This document shows positions 17,418-27,095 of a stretch of 64,000 bases of DNA, piece after piece (within the stretch, counting starts at the first letter, position 1; every line of letters begins with the position of its first letter). The DNA lies in IMG/VR virus record IMGVR_UViG_3300032053_000036, positions 1 to 64,000 of that record; one strand, 5' to 3'. The notes under the pieces are model-generated. The model made no database searches and was not told where the DNA came from. It worked only from the letters and a program-made list of their open reading frames with translations. The stretch is from a virus. Lineage: Duplodnaviria > Heunggongvirae > Uroviricota > Caudoviricetes > Crassvirales. The translations under genes were made by a program, and so were the position numbers.

Positions 17418-18977
17418 ATGGCAATTCAAACAATCCCAGGCTTAACTGGTTTTACGTATGCGAGAGTAGCCTCTATGGATAAGCGTGCTGTGGGTAAGCT
17501 CACTGACTCGAATCACTTAGAGAGCTTTCACAGCACTGAACCTGCTGACTATGACAAAAAGATCATTAGTCTTTACACTCAGAGCTCATTGTATAGCAAT
17601 GACTTCTTAGACATGATTAACAAAAGCACACCTTATTACATCGATAATAATAGTGATGCTTGGAAATGGCAAGTAGCTGTTCCCTACAAATTCCCTAAGA
17701 TTATCAATGTTCCAGAAGCAACTGCTGCTTTGGATAAAATTGGTATCGATGGTCAAGAGTTCACTCTTGTTTTGGACACTAATGAATTCTCTAAGAACGC
17801 AATCGTTTCTGTGGGTTCTCGTCAGTATGGTCCTCGTTTCTATGTAATCAAAGATCCAGTTCCTTGGAACATGGGTTACTTGTATTCTTTCAATTTGGTG
17901 ACTGACAATCCAACTGTTGACTACATTTCTTCAGGTTCTCAATTCTTACAAGTAGGTGTTGAGCTTGAATTAGTTGATGCTGCAATTGGTGAGTTTGATC
18001 AAGACTTATTAGGTCTTCCTCGTTTGGGTGAGCAAATCACAATGTTTGAATCTTTAGGTTCTGCATATGGTTATGAGCACAAAATCACTGAGTGGGCTGA
18101 TGACAAGATGATGGTTGATTCAAAAGGAAATCCTTTAGATATTTTGGTATATGCTCCTCAGCGTAGAAACCAACTTCCTTTAACTCGTAATGATGTTAAG
18201 TGGGAACCATTCATTGAGTTCTGGATGCGTAAAAGCATGTTGGAATTGAAAGTTAAGCGTATGATCTGGTCTAAACCAGGTACAGTTAAAACTGGTGGTG
18301 GCAAGCAAGAATTAAAGCGTACATCTGCTGGTGTTTACCACAGAATGCGTAACAATGGTAACTTGGTACAATACAATCGTGGTGAATTCTCTGCTAACTT
18401 GATCAGAAGCGTGTTTGGAGATTTGTTCTACAGACGTGTGGATGTTAAAGATCGTAAGGTTAAAATGTACACAAATGAAGCTGGATTTGACGTATTCCAA
18501 CAAGCTTTGAAGGCTGACGCTTTAAACAGTGGCTTGACTTTCATGGCTGATTCTGGAAATCGTTACATGCAGGGAGAAGGTCAACACATCACTTATAACT
18601 TTGCATTCGATGCAATGGTTACACGTGAAACAGGTCGTGTTGAACTTATTCACTTGAAAGAACTTGATTTGCCACAATCTAACTTAGAGTTTGGTCAAAA
18701 CAAGAAAAGCACTCCAGTGTTTATGGTATTTGATGTTAGTCCTATGAGCGATGGTTCAATGGTTAACAACATCAGAGAAGTGAGAATGAAAGGTGCTCCT
18801 TCTATGACTTGGGGTTATATCGATGGTACTCGTCACCACTTAGGTTTTGCTAAGTCTCAAGGTATGAGTTCTGCGAACAAATTCCCAGGTTATGAAATCT
18901 GGATGAAAGATCGTTGTGATGTATTCATTGAAGATTTGTCTCGTACAGTCTTGATTGAAGAGATTCCACAATTGTAA
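17418..18977 (+). CDS. Major capsid protein (519 aa, HK97-fold candidate).
   Basis: Position after the scaffold, size, strong start context (aaacaac..ATGGCA), and a terminator immediately downstream. Confidence 0.55.
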   Translation: MAIQTIPGLTGFTYARVASMDKRAVGKLTDSNHLESFHSTEPADYDKKIISLYTQSSLYSNDFLDMINKSTPYYIDNNSDAWKWQVAVPYKFPKIINVPEATAALDKIGIDGQEFTLVLDTNEFSKNAIVSVGSRQYGPRFYVIKDPVPWNMGYLYSFNLVTDNPTVDYISSGSQFLQVGVELELVDAAIGEFDQDLLGLPRLGEQITMFESLGSAYGYEHKITEWADDKMMVDSKGNPLDILVYAPQRRNQLPLTRNDVKWEPFIEFWMRKSMLELKVKRMIWSKPGTVKTGGGKQELKRTSAGVYHRMRNNGNLVQYNRGEFSANLIRSVFGDLFYRRVDVKDRKVKMYTNEAGFDVFQQALKADALNSGLTFMADSGNRYMQGEGQHITYNFAFDAMVTRETGRVELIHLKELDLPQSNLEFGQNKKSTPVFMVFDVSPMSDGSMVNNIREVRMKGAPSMTWGYIDGTRHHLGFAKSQGMSSANKFPGYEIWMKDRCDVFIEDLSRTVLIEEIPQL

Positions 18978-18994
18978 TCTTAAAATAAATAAGA

Positions 18995-19025
18995 GAAGGG
19001 CCTCAAACTCTGGGGCTCTTCTTTA
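18995..19025 (+). terminator. Intrinsic terminator after the MCP gene.
   Basis: Hairpin GAAGGGCCTCA-AACTC-TGGGGCTCTTC (11 bp, 2 G.U) followed by TTT. Confidence 0.4.
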
Positions 19026-19114
19026 AATACACAGAGATTTGAATTGGGTAATAACCAATTGCTAGAACTTCGATGTTCACTTCTCTGCAAACAAAACCAA
19101 ATAAACAACTACAT

Positions 19115-20083
19115 ATGGGAAAGATAGGAAAAATCTCTACGATTAAAAAAGACTATAACAATAGTCAGTTACAAACAATGCAAGGTGGACTATCGTTGAA
19201 AGGTCTAACAAGAATTCCTGGTACAGGTGTTTTCAAGTATCCTTACAAAGAACTTGATGGACAGTATAGAACAGGACTTGATCCAAAGGCATCCTATATC
19301 AGAAGGATCCAAGATCCTCTTGAAAAAGAAATGGAAATTGAACGTGTAATAAATCTTAAAGCAAAACTTGAGGAAGCTCTTGGAGATGTTGATCTTGGAC
19401 CTCGCTCTTCTTTTTGGAACTATGGACTTTCAACATCTAATGATGACATGATGCATGTTCAACCTGTTAAATTGATAGATGGAGATAACTTCTTTGATCT
19501 TAGCGTTCCTTTTCAAGAATTAGCATTTTCATGGTTGCGTGTGCATCCTACAATTGCAAGTTCTTATCAAGCTTGGGAGCGTGGTGAGTTCTCTGCAGAA
19601 ACTCAGTTTTATGTAGCAGATGAAGAGATAGAAAATGCAGTGATGTTTAAGAAAAAACAACTTATTAATAAAGCTATTGTTAAGTTTGATTCTATGACTC
19701 CTGAGAGAAAAAAGAAAGTTGCAAGATTACTTGGTCTTCCAGTAACTGATGATAGCAAGGAAGAGGTGGTATATAATCTAGTAGATAATGTCCTAAAACA
19801 AACTGAATTCAAGAATGGCAAATATGCAGGATTAAGTCCTGTTGAGATTTTTAATAGATTTGCAGACATGAAGGAAAACTTACTCCATATTAAAGACTTG
19901 GTTAAACAAGCAATTGCACATTCTGTATATAGAGCAAAACCAAATGGTAAAATCTATGAAGGAGAATATGAAGTTGCAAAGGATGAAGATGACCTAGTTA
20001 AATTTTTAGCTGATGATGATAATCAAGAGGAGTTAATTACTCTTGAACAAAAATTGAAAACAAAGAAACTTGCTTCTGTATGA
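19115..20083 (+). CDS. Virion structural protein; start revised to 19115 (the track gives 19073).
   Basis: The leader AAACAACTACATATGG at 19102-19118 is identical to the leader of the scaffold gene (16137-16153). Confidence 0.4.
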   Translation: MGKIGKISTIKKDYNNSQLQTMQGGLSLKGLTRIPGTGVFKYPYKELDGQYRTGLDPKASYIRRIQDPLEKEMEIERVINLKAKLEEALGDVDLGPRSSFWNYGLSTSNDDMMHVQPVKLIDGDNFFDLSVPFQELAFSWLRVHPTIASSYQAWERGEFSAETQFYVADEEIENAVMFKKKQLINKAIVKFDSMTPERKKKVARLLGLPVTDDSKEEVVYNLVDNVLKQTEFKNGKYAGLSPVEIFNRFADMKENLLHIKDLVKQAIAHSVYRAKPNGKIYEGEYEVAKDEDDLVKFLADDDNQEELITLEQKLKTKKLASV

Positions 20084-20811
20084 TACCAATAGATAGTTTA
20101 TTATATAAGATCGACCAAAGGTTAAATAAACTATCTACTAATGATCACCAACAGATTCAGTTAGAAGATAAAATCTTAGCCTTGAATGAGGCTCAGATTA
20201 AATTGATAAAGCAAAAGATTGATGGAATAAGTGTTGTTGCAGGTCTTGGGTTTGACGCATTTAAAAAGCGTTATGAAGATTTACAAAGCCTAGTTGTAAC
20301 ATATAATAATCAACCTCTTAGTTTAGCAATTAAAAACCCACAACTAAATCAATGGACTGCAGGACTACATCAACTGTCTCCAAAATATATGTTCTATGTA
20401 GATGCATATGTTTTGGCTGATAAAGGAAGATGTAAAGACAGAAAGATTTGGATTAATAAGGAACTATCTAAACATGGTGATCTTACTCTCCTCTTGACAA
20501 ACGATCATTACAAACCTTCGTTTGAATATCAGGAAACATTCAACTTTCTATCCTCAGATGAAATCAGTATATTCACTGATGGTACATTTACACCATCTGA
20601 TATATACATCTCATACATGAGATATCCTGTTTACATTGATAAGGTTGGTTATATAAGGTTTGATGGAACACCCTCGATAGATCAAGACTGTGAACTTGAA
20701 ACCTATCTAGAGGATGAACTCCTAGATCTAACAGTTGAGAACTTAGCAATGTACACTGAAAATGCTTCAGCTGTACAAAGTGCTCAGGCAAGGATTCAAA
20801 CAAATGAATAA
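20080..20811 (+). CDS. Virion structural protein (243 aa).
   Basis: ATGA overlap with the upstream gene, within the structural module. Confidence 0.4.
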   Translation: MIPIDSLLYKIDQRLNKLSTNDHQQIQLEDKILALNEAQIKLIKQKIDGISVVAGLGFDAFKKRYEDLQSLVVTYNNQPLSLAIKNPQLNQWTAGLHQLSPKYMFYVDAYVLADKGRCKDRKIWINKELSKHGDLTLLLTNDHYKPSFEYQETFNFLSSDEISIFTDGTFTPSDIYISYMRYPVYIDKVGYIRFDGTPSIDQDCELETYLEDELLDLTVENLAMYTENASAVQSAQARIQTNE

Positions 20812-20838
20812 GTTTTTTCACAATTAAATATAAACAAA

Positions 20839-21939
20839 ATGGCAGATTTTTCATTAACTACGCTCTTCGTAGTGCCAGTAGGACAAACAACGTTTCCTAG
20901 CACTGACTCTACGCAAGATTTGACAGCTGGCCAAGTTGGAGTATTCTCTAACGCCTATGCTGCAACAAACACACCTGGATCATTTCCTTATTTCTACATT
21001 GCACAAGGTAGGACAAACACGTATTTACAAGGTTCTAAAAGATCTGACAAGATCTCTGGTGTTGATAGCACTGGTAGTAAGAACGTGAATGTTACTGAGT
21101 GGTATGCAACTGCAGGTAATGCAACAGCTGTAAATCAAATTACTCAAGTTACAGATTGGAACGTAAAATGTGGTGACATTGTTACATTGACTTTACGTGC
21201 TCATTCTAGCTACTTGGATACTTTGTATTTCAATGGCTTAACTCGTTCAGTAACTGTTCAAGCTCCTTGCTGCGATTGTGGTGGAGATCCTTGTACTACT
21301 GTTGACACAGATGCATTGATTGATGCGTTCATTGCTAAATTAGAAGCTGCTGCTCCTAGCTTTATCGATGGTGATCCAACAACTGGTACAAACCCTGACA
21401 ACATCAGATTGAGCCAATTCTTTACATTCACAAACGTTGGTGGAACTATTCTTGAGATTGAAGGTAAGCCTTTAACTAAGTATGGTCAACCTTGTGATGT
21501 TGCTGCATTCCCTTTTGAGTATGACAGAATGTATTTCAGAACATTTGTTTACAGTGGTCCTGCAACTACAGCTGACTTTATTGTTGCTGATAATTGTAAC
21601 ATTGTAGCAGTTGCAACTGTAACACAAACTTCTGGTTATCCTTCAGGTACTTCAGAAGAAATCATCCAATTAGAAAAGAACTTCTACAGCTACCAAGCTG
21701 GTTACTTGAAGCATCTTTACAGAATGGCTGGTTACAATGAGAACTTTGAGTCTTGGGTAACTGCTGGTACTGTGTATGATGTATTCTACATCAAGTTCAA
21801 TGAGTATGAGAAATCAGCATACCAATGGGGTGATTATATCTATGAAGATTCAATGGTAATTGTTGCTGTTCCAGCAGCTGCTTCTGCAACTCTTCAAGCA
21901 ATTCTTGAAGATGCATTAGGAACTGTAAGCTTTACCTAA
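20839..21939 (+). CDS. Virion structural protein (366 aa).
   Basis: Intact ORF with strong start context (aaacaaaATGGCA). Confidence 0.4.
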   Translation: MADFSLTTLFVVPVGQTTFPSTDSTQDLTAGQVGVFSNAYAATNTPGSFPYFYIAQGRTNTYLQGSKRSDKISGVDSTGSKNVNVTEWYATAGNATAVNQITQVTDWNVKCGDIVTLTLRAHSSYLDTLYFNGLTRSVTVQAPCCDCGGDPCTTVDTDALIDAFIAKLEAAAPSFIDGDPTTGTNPDNIRLSQFFTFTNVGGTILEIEGKPLTKYGQPCDVAAFPFEYDRMYFRTFVYSGPATTADFIVADNCNIVAVATVTQTSGYPSGTSEEIIQLEKNFYSYQAGYLKHLYRMAGYNENFESWVTAGTVYDVFYIKFNEYEKSAYQWGDYIYEDSMVIVAVPAAASATLQAILEDALGTVSFT

Positions 21940-22026
21940 TCTGAAGAGTTAGTAATAATATCATATAACCTATGCCAGAGGTGAGAGGATCAAACTCAAT
22001 CCTCTGGCATAATTATTTTAAACAAC

Positions 22027-22578
22027 ATGGCAACAAAGCTTGATTTTTTAGTAGTTCCTACATACAACACATTAACGCTGGGTATTGCTGATGCCTCTAT
22101 ATATGTTGGTGTTCCAGCATCTCCCTCAATTGAGATAAGCGTTCCAGGTTTTTCAAAAGTGAATCTTCCATTCGTTCCAAACGATTTCAATATATTCAAT
22201 TCTGCTTCTTTAGGATTAAGTGATCCTGGAGTTAATAATCCCATACCTGATGGTGTTTATTATTTAAAATATTCAATTGCTCCATCGTTTGAAAACTATG
22301 TAGAGAAATCTATAATAAGAGTGGAGCAGTTACAAGAAAGATTTGATGCAGCATTTATGCAACTTGATATGATGGAGTGTGATCTTGCTATCAAGACACA
22401 ATCAAAAGTTGAACTAAACAGTATATATTTCTTCATACAAGGAGCTGTTGCTGCTGCAAACAACTGTGCTGTTGATACAGCAAACAAGTTATATGCTCAG
22501 GCAAGTAAAATGTTAACTAACTTTACAAGGGGTGGCTGTGGCTGCTCAGGAAATAATTATATAACCAACTTTTACTAA
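22027..22578 (+). CDS. Virion structural protein (183 aa).
   Basis: Intact ORF. C-terminal GGCGCSG. Confidence 0.4.
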   Translation: MATKLDFLVVPTYNTLTLGIADASIYVGVPASPSIEISVPGFSKVNLPFVPNDFNIFNSASLGLSDPGVNNPIPDGVYYLKYSIAPSFENYVEKSIIRVEQLQERFDAAFMQLDMMECDLAIKTQSKVELNSIYFFIQGAVAAANNCAVDTANKLYAQASKMLTNFTRGGCGCSGNNYITNFY

Positions 22579-22579
22579 T

Positions 22580-22723
22580 ATGGCTAAGTGTTCAAAATGT
22601 GGAGCTAACGTAGGATGTGGATGTCAATTAATTAATGGTCTCTGTGCATATTGTCATGGACAGTTGCAAAAGGGAATAAACAGTTTAAAAAATGTTATCA
22701 CCCAGATTAACCAATTGTATTGA
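22580..22723 (+). CDS. Small Cys-rich zinc-ribbon ORF (47 aa), not in the track.
   Basis: Manual translation gives MAKCSKCGANVGCGCQLINGLCAYCHGQLQKGINSLKNVITQINQLY. It starts 2 nt after the previous stop. Confidence 0.3.
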   Translation: MAKCSKCGANVGCGCQLINGLCAYCHGQLQKGINSLKNVITQINQLY

Positions 22724-22772
22724 GTGTACTACCATCTCAGCCCTTCTATCTGATATAGATTGTAAGCTTACT

Positions 22773-22958
22773 GAGATGGCAAACAATTATTATAACAATA
22801 TTGTATTTTCATTGAATCTTCCTGCTAAGGGTGTTGTAATGCTAGATCTTCTTAACTACAAAAGAATACTTACGTACAAGCTTTGTAATGAGAATTATGC
22901 ATCACCTTTTACAGTGCAGATGATAGCTAGTAGAGTTAAACTTTTAAAATTTAAATAA
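22773..22958 (+). CDS. Small protein. The track's 22692 start overlaps the zinc-ribbon ORF, so the internal Met (MANNYY...) is preferred.
   Basis: ORF track frame. It ends 1 nt before the fibre gene. Confidence 0.25.
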   Translation, partial: EMANNYYNNIVFSLNLPAKGVVMLDLLNYKRILTYKLCNENYASPFTVQMIASRVKLLKFK

Positions 22959-24095
22959 ATGAGTTGTTCAAATTGCTTCAATGGTTGCGCTGAGATTGTC
23001 TCAGACCAATGCGTTAGATATACAGGAATAGATATTCCTGTTCTAGGAATTAAGAATGGAGATTCTCTATCATTCGTAGAGCAAGCTCTTATAACATTCC
23101 TCACCTCAACATTAGATGGATCAGGAATTAAACCTGACATCAGTTCCACTATTATATGTAACCTTGTTAAAGACTATCTTCCTACGTGTGGAGATCTTAC
23201 AGTGGTAGATTTCTTAACAGCCCTTATAAAAGCCACATGTGATCTCCAGGAACAAGTAGATCTTATAGTTGCAGACATAGTAGTAATCAATAATCAATTA
23301 GATGTAATTGAAGGTGATTATGATGTAAACTGTCTCACAGGTGTAACTGCAGGTAGTGGCACACATGCTGTTCTCCAGGCTACACTAGATGCATTATGTG
23401 CATTTATTGTAGATGTAGAAACAAACTATGTATTGCTTGCTGATTTTAATACATTAGTTGCTGATTATTTAGCAGGTCTTCCTTCAAGTACATTAGTAAG
23501 TCAAAAGATGGTTCCATATGTTGCTTATGAATATTATGGTTCATTAACTCAATTTGATGCTACAGGTAAGGGAATAGGAGATTGGGATAAAATCTATTTA
23601 TGTAATGGATTAAATGGCACTCCTGATAGAAGAGGTGTTGTTGCTGTAGGTGCTATATCAAGTGTTCCTGGTGGACCTCTTCCATCAGCAACAAATCCTG
23701 CATCTTCTCCTTTCAATCCAAACTATGCGTTTGCAGGCCCAATTGTAGGAAGTAATAGTGTTACATTAAATGCTAATCAAATACCAAGTCATGTTCATGA
23801 TAATACATTAGTATTTACTAATCCTGATCATACACATTTTACTTTTACTGCAAATAGTCTTGTAAGTGGTGCAGCTATTATTACTTCTACAACCTCTCCA
23901 GCATATCAGTTAACAGGTGCTGCAGATTTTAGTTATAATATGGTTGGAAACAATGTAACTCCTACAATTGGTTTAACTAGTCCTAGTAAATCAGCTCTTA
24001 CAATAACTCTTACAAACGTTGTTGCTGGTGGAAATCAAGCACATGCTAACAATCAACCAGCAATTGCTGCATATTATATAATGTATCGTCCATAA
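22959..24095 (+). CDS. Tail fibre protein with HxH motifs (378 aa).
   Basis: PSHVHDNTLVFTNPDHTHFTF has two His-x-His motifs, as in metal-binding fibre needle domains. The N-terminus is Cys-rich (CSNCFNGC). Confidence 0.5.
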   Translation: MSCSNCFNGCAEIVSDQCVRYTGIDIPVLGIKNGDSLSFVEQALITFLTSTLDGSGIKPDISSTIICNLVKDYLPTCGDLTVVDFLTALIKATCDLQEQVDLIVADIVVINNQLDVIEGDYDVNCLTGVTAGSGTHAVLQATLDALCAFIVDVETNYVLLADFNTLVADYLAGLPSSTLVSQKMVPYVAYEYYGSLTQFDATGKGIGDWDKIYLCNGLNGTPDRRGVVAVGAISSVPGGPLPSATNPASSPFNPNYAFAGPIVGSNSVTLNANQIPSHVHDNTLVFTNPDHTHFTFTANSLVSGAAIITSTTSPAYQLTGAADFSYNMVGNNVTPTIGLTSPSKSALTITLTNVVAGGNQAHANNQPAIAAYYIMYRP

Positions 24096-24111
24096 TTTAA
24101 ACTTAATATAA

Positions 24112-25734
24112 ATGTCTTGTTTACCAGGTACCCCTTGCTACACTAGCACAATACATACTACAGGAGGATTAACAGGAGGTTGTAATATCGATCCTTGTAT
24201 AACTCTTAAGTTATCATCTGATTCTGTGTTGTACACAGGACCAAATCTTCCTTGTTCAGGAATAAACCCATGTGATAACATGTCATTAGCTCTTCAGAAA
24301 ATAGATGCTGTGATTTGTAATCCTCCAGCTCTTTCTGTAACAGCAGACAATGGACTGACCAAAACTGCAAATAACATACAACTTGGAGGCCCACTAATTC
24401 AACAAACTGTTATTACAACAAGTCACGCAAACACATTCTCCTTACTAGGACTAGATGATGACTTAACTCCTACATACGTACTTTCTCAAACAAGTGGTGG
24501 TGTAACTAAAAGAACAACAATAGCAAGTATTATTTCTACAATCATTGTCAATAATGGTCTTACTAATACAGCAGGAACTTTACAATTAAGTGGTCCATTA
24601 ATTAAACCAACCACTGTAACAACAGATGTCACAAACACATTATCTTTAGCAGGCCTTCAGGCAGATGCAAATCCTGATTTTATTGTTACAGAAACAACAG
24701 CAGGAGTTGTAAGAAGAATCTCTACATCAGCTCTTGCTACATTGATTGTTCCACCAGCTCCTCCAACTGTTACAGCAGACAATGGTCTTACAAAGACAGT
24801 GAACAACATTCGACTGGGTGGGCCATTACTTCAAAATACATCAATAGATCTTGCTACATATAATCTAACATTAAACGATTCAACCTCTCCTCAAAAACTT
24901 TCAAAAATAACATTAGGAGTAAAGACTCTTGATGTATATTCTGAATATACACAAATTGGTAATAATTCTATTCCTCTACAAAAATTTGGAACAGCTATTG
25001 GTAGAGCTAATAGTTTATTAGGAACTGGACAAAATGGATTTGCTGCAGGTGTAGCCAATACTATATATACAGGATCAAGCAGTTATGCAATAGGTGAAAG
25101 TAATTCAATTTACACTAGTCAATGTGGTGCTCTTGGATATGCTCAAATAGTTCGAGGATCCTATTGTCATTCTATTGGATATGATAATGAAACGCCTATA
25201 GGGGCTTTAGGAACATTCCAAGTTGGTATATTTAATGATAGCACTGCTGTAGATTATATTACTAAATTCTCAGATCCTGGTTTACCAGCATTTAGTGTTG
25301 CTCATGGTAAACAATCAGGCAATAATCCTGCAGAGCGTCTTAATGTATTTCATGTAATGACCAATGGTCTTGTAAAGTCAAAAGATGGACATGATGCAAG
25401 AGCAGGAGAAAGAGGAATTGTTCCTGCTCATTGGAGCACAACAGGATGGACTGATACAGTGGTACGTACATTTGATACTGGTGCAAAGTATATAATTATG
25501 CAGATTGTAGCAGGAGATGACTTTTCAAATATTGTAGATGAAGTATTATGGGGATCAACAAATAAAACAGGATTTACATTTATCTCTATTGGTGGTTTTC
25601 CTACAACCTGGACAAATGGATCTACAGTACGTAAGGTGGGAAGACCAGGAACACCTGCAATAGGAGAATTAGGATTTAATCTTGACTTAAGTCAAATGGA
25701 ATACTGGAATGGCAGTGCGTGGACACAGTTTTAA
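24112..25734 (+). CDS. Tail fibre protein with three roughly 75-aa tandem repeats (540 aa).
   Basis: Units beginning TADNGLTKTANNIQLGGPLIQQT, VNNGLTNTAGTLQLSGPLIKPT and TADNGLTKTVNNIRLGGPLLQNT. Confidence 0.5.
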   Translation: MSCLPGTPCYTSTIHTTGGLTGGCNIDPCITLKLSSDSVLYTGPNLPCSGINPCDNMSLALQKIDAVICNPPALSVTADNGLTKTANNIQLGGPLIQQTVITTSHANTFSLLGLDDDLTPTYVLSQTSGGVTKRTTIASIISTIIVNNGLTNTAGTLQLSGPLIKPTTVTTDVTNTLSLAGLQADANPDFIVTETTAGVVRRISTSALATLIVPPAPPTVTADNGLTKTVNNIRLGGPLLQNTSIDLATYNLTLNDSTSPQKLSKITLGVKTLDVYSEYTQIGNNSIPLQKFGTAIGRANSLLGTGQNGFAAGVANTIYTGSSSYAIGESNSIYTSQCGALGYAQIVRGSYCHSIGYDNETPIGALGTFQVGIFNDSTAVDYITKFSDPGLPAFSVAHGKQSGNNPAERLNVFHVMTNGLVKSKDGHDARAGERGIVPAHWSTTGWTDTVVRTFDTGAKYIIMQIVAGDDFSNIVDEVLWGSTNKTGFTFISIGGFPTTWTNGSTVRKVGRPGTPAIGELGFNLDLSQMEYWNGSAWTQF

Positions 25735-25745
25735 ACCAAACATAA

Positions 25746-26915
25746 ATGACAGTAACAATAACATTAACTATTGCTGGTGCTGATACAGGTCCTTTTCTTT
25801 TATTCTCTGATGCAGATGGATATTCTTCTGCATTTGAGGTGGGGGTAACTAAAGCTGCTCTTGAGGCAGGATATACAACAATTCTTGTTCCTCCATTTAC
25901 AACAACAATTAGAGTGATGTCAGCAGGAATATGTACAAACTATATTGATATTCCTATAGACCTTGCTAATTACTGTTACACTGCAAACGTGACAGGAGGA
26001 GGAGGACAATGTACAATTAGTTGGACTAATCCTGATGGAACTGCTAGTAGTGAGATTATTAATGATAAAGTTACAAGTATAACTTTCTGTGCTGAGGAAG
26101 GAAGTGTTAATTCTTTATGTATAGGTGGTGAAGTTTCTACAATTACAGGAGGTACACTTGTTTGTTCAGTTGATGGAGATTGTCCAACAACAACAACTAC
26201 AACTACACAAAATCCATATCTTTTAATAGATATGTGTTTTACTGTTGTTGGTAGAAGTCAAAATTTGTTATGTACTATAACTGGTGTTGGGGGTGTTGCA
26301 ACAGGACTATATAACAATCATCCCTACTATGAATTACTATGTAACTTTAATTGTCCTTTAGGACCAAGTTCAAGAACAGTGTATGTTATATATAGTGTAC
26401 TTAATACTAGATGGGAATCATGGGATACTTTTGATCCTATATTAGGACCTTCAGGAATTTTATTAGCATCTTTAGTTACTACGCAACCATACCCTGAAAT
26501 GCTAACATCTTATTGGGATAATTACACTACAGGTTTTAGATTCTATTCATCTGTTGATGTTAGTAAGGTGGGTGGTGTTTGTGAAACAAATATAAATAGA
26601 ACTGATGTATTTTATGAAGTGGATACATGTTCTTCAGGTGGAGTGTTTGAAATAGATATTGTTGATACTAATTTATTTACTCAAGCTACACCTTATGTTG
26701 GTTCAGGATCTCTTCCAATAACTGTATACCCTGGTTATTTATTGCAAGTTTTTGGAACTACAGGAAGTGGTGGAACTACAACAATAACAATATTAGAAGG
26801 TGCAACTATTGTATTTACAAATACATATCCTCCAAGTACAGTAATTCCACAGTTTGCTGCATCTGTTGTATTAGGATATGATAGTTACACAGTTCAAATT
26901 ATAGAAACTTGTTAA
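25746..26915 (+). CDS. Tail fibre or receptor-binding accessory protein with a poly-Thr linker (389 aa).
   Basis: CSVDGDCPTTTTTTTQNP linker. Its N-terminal module and Cys-rich domain are shared with other genes (see findings). Confidence 0.5.
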   Translation: MTVTITLTIAGADTGPFLLFSDADGYSSAFEVGVTKAALEAGYTTILVPPFTTTIRVMSAGICTNYIDIPIDLANYCYTANVTGGGGQCTISWTNPDGTASSEIINDKVTSITFCAEEGSVNSLCIGGEVSTITGGTLVCSVDGDCPTTTTTTTQNPYLLIDMCFTVVGRSQNLLCTITGVGGVATGLYNNHPYYELLCNFNCPLGPSSRTVYVIYSVLNTRWESWDTFDPILGPSGILLASLVTTQPYPEMLTSYWDNYTTGFRFYSSVDVSKVGGVCETNINRTDVFYEVDTCSSGGVFEIDIVDTNLFTQATPYVGSGSLPITVYPGYLLQVFGTTGSGGTTTITILEGATIVFTNTYPPSTVIPQFAASVVLGYDSYTVQIIETC

Positions 26916-26960
26916 TAATTTATATAAAAACTCCTGCTTTGTTGGTTTTGTAGGAATGTT

Positions 26961-26993
26961 CTCCTAGCATCTCTATGCTGGGAGTTTCTTTTT
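26961..26993 (+). terminator. Strong rho-independent terminator.
   Basis: CTCCTAGCAT-CTCT-ATGCTGGGAG (10-bp stem, 1 G.U) followed by TTTCTTTTT. Confidence 0.6.
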
Positions 26994-27035
26994 AACTAAT
27001 CTAATTATATACAATAATTATCTCTGTTAATTTAA

Positions 27036-27068
27036 TTTGGACAATTACAAAAAAAATAATTATCTTTA
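27036..27068 (+). promoter_or_regulatory. Candidate promoter TTTG-N21-TATCTTTA.
   Basis: Same architecture as the 16090 candidate, about 30 nt upstream of the next ATG. Confidence 0.25.
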
Positions 27069-27095
27069 AAAAGTTTTAATCAAACTTACCTCTAT

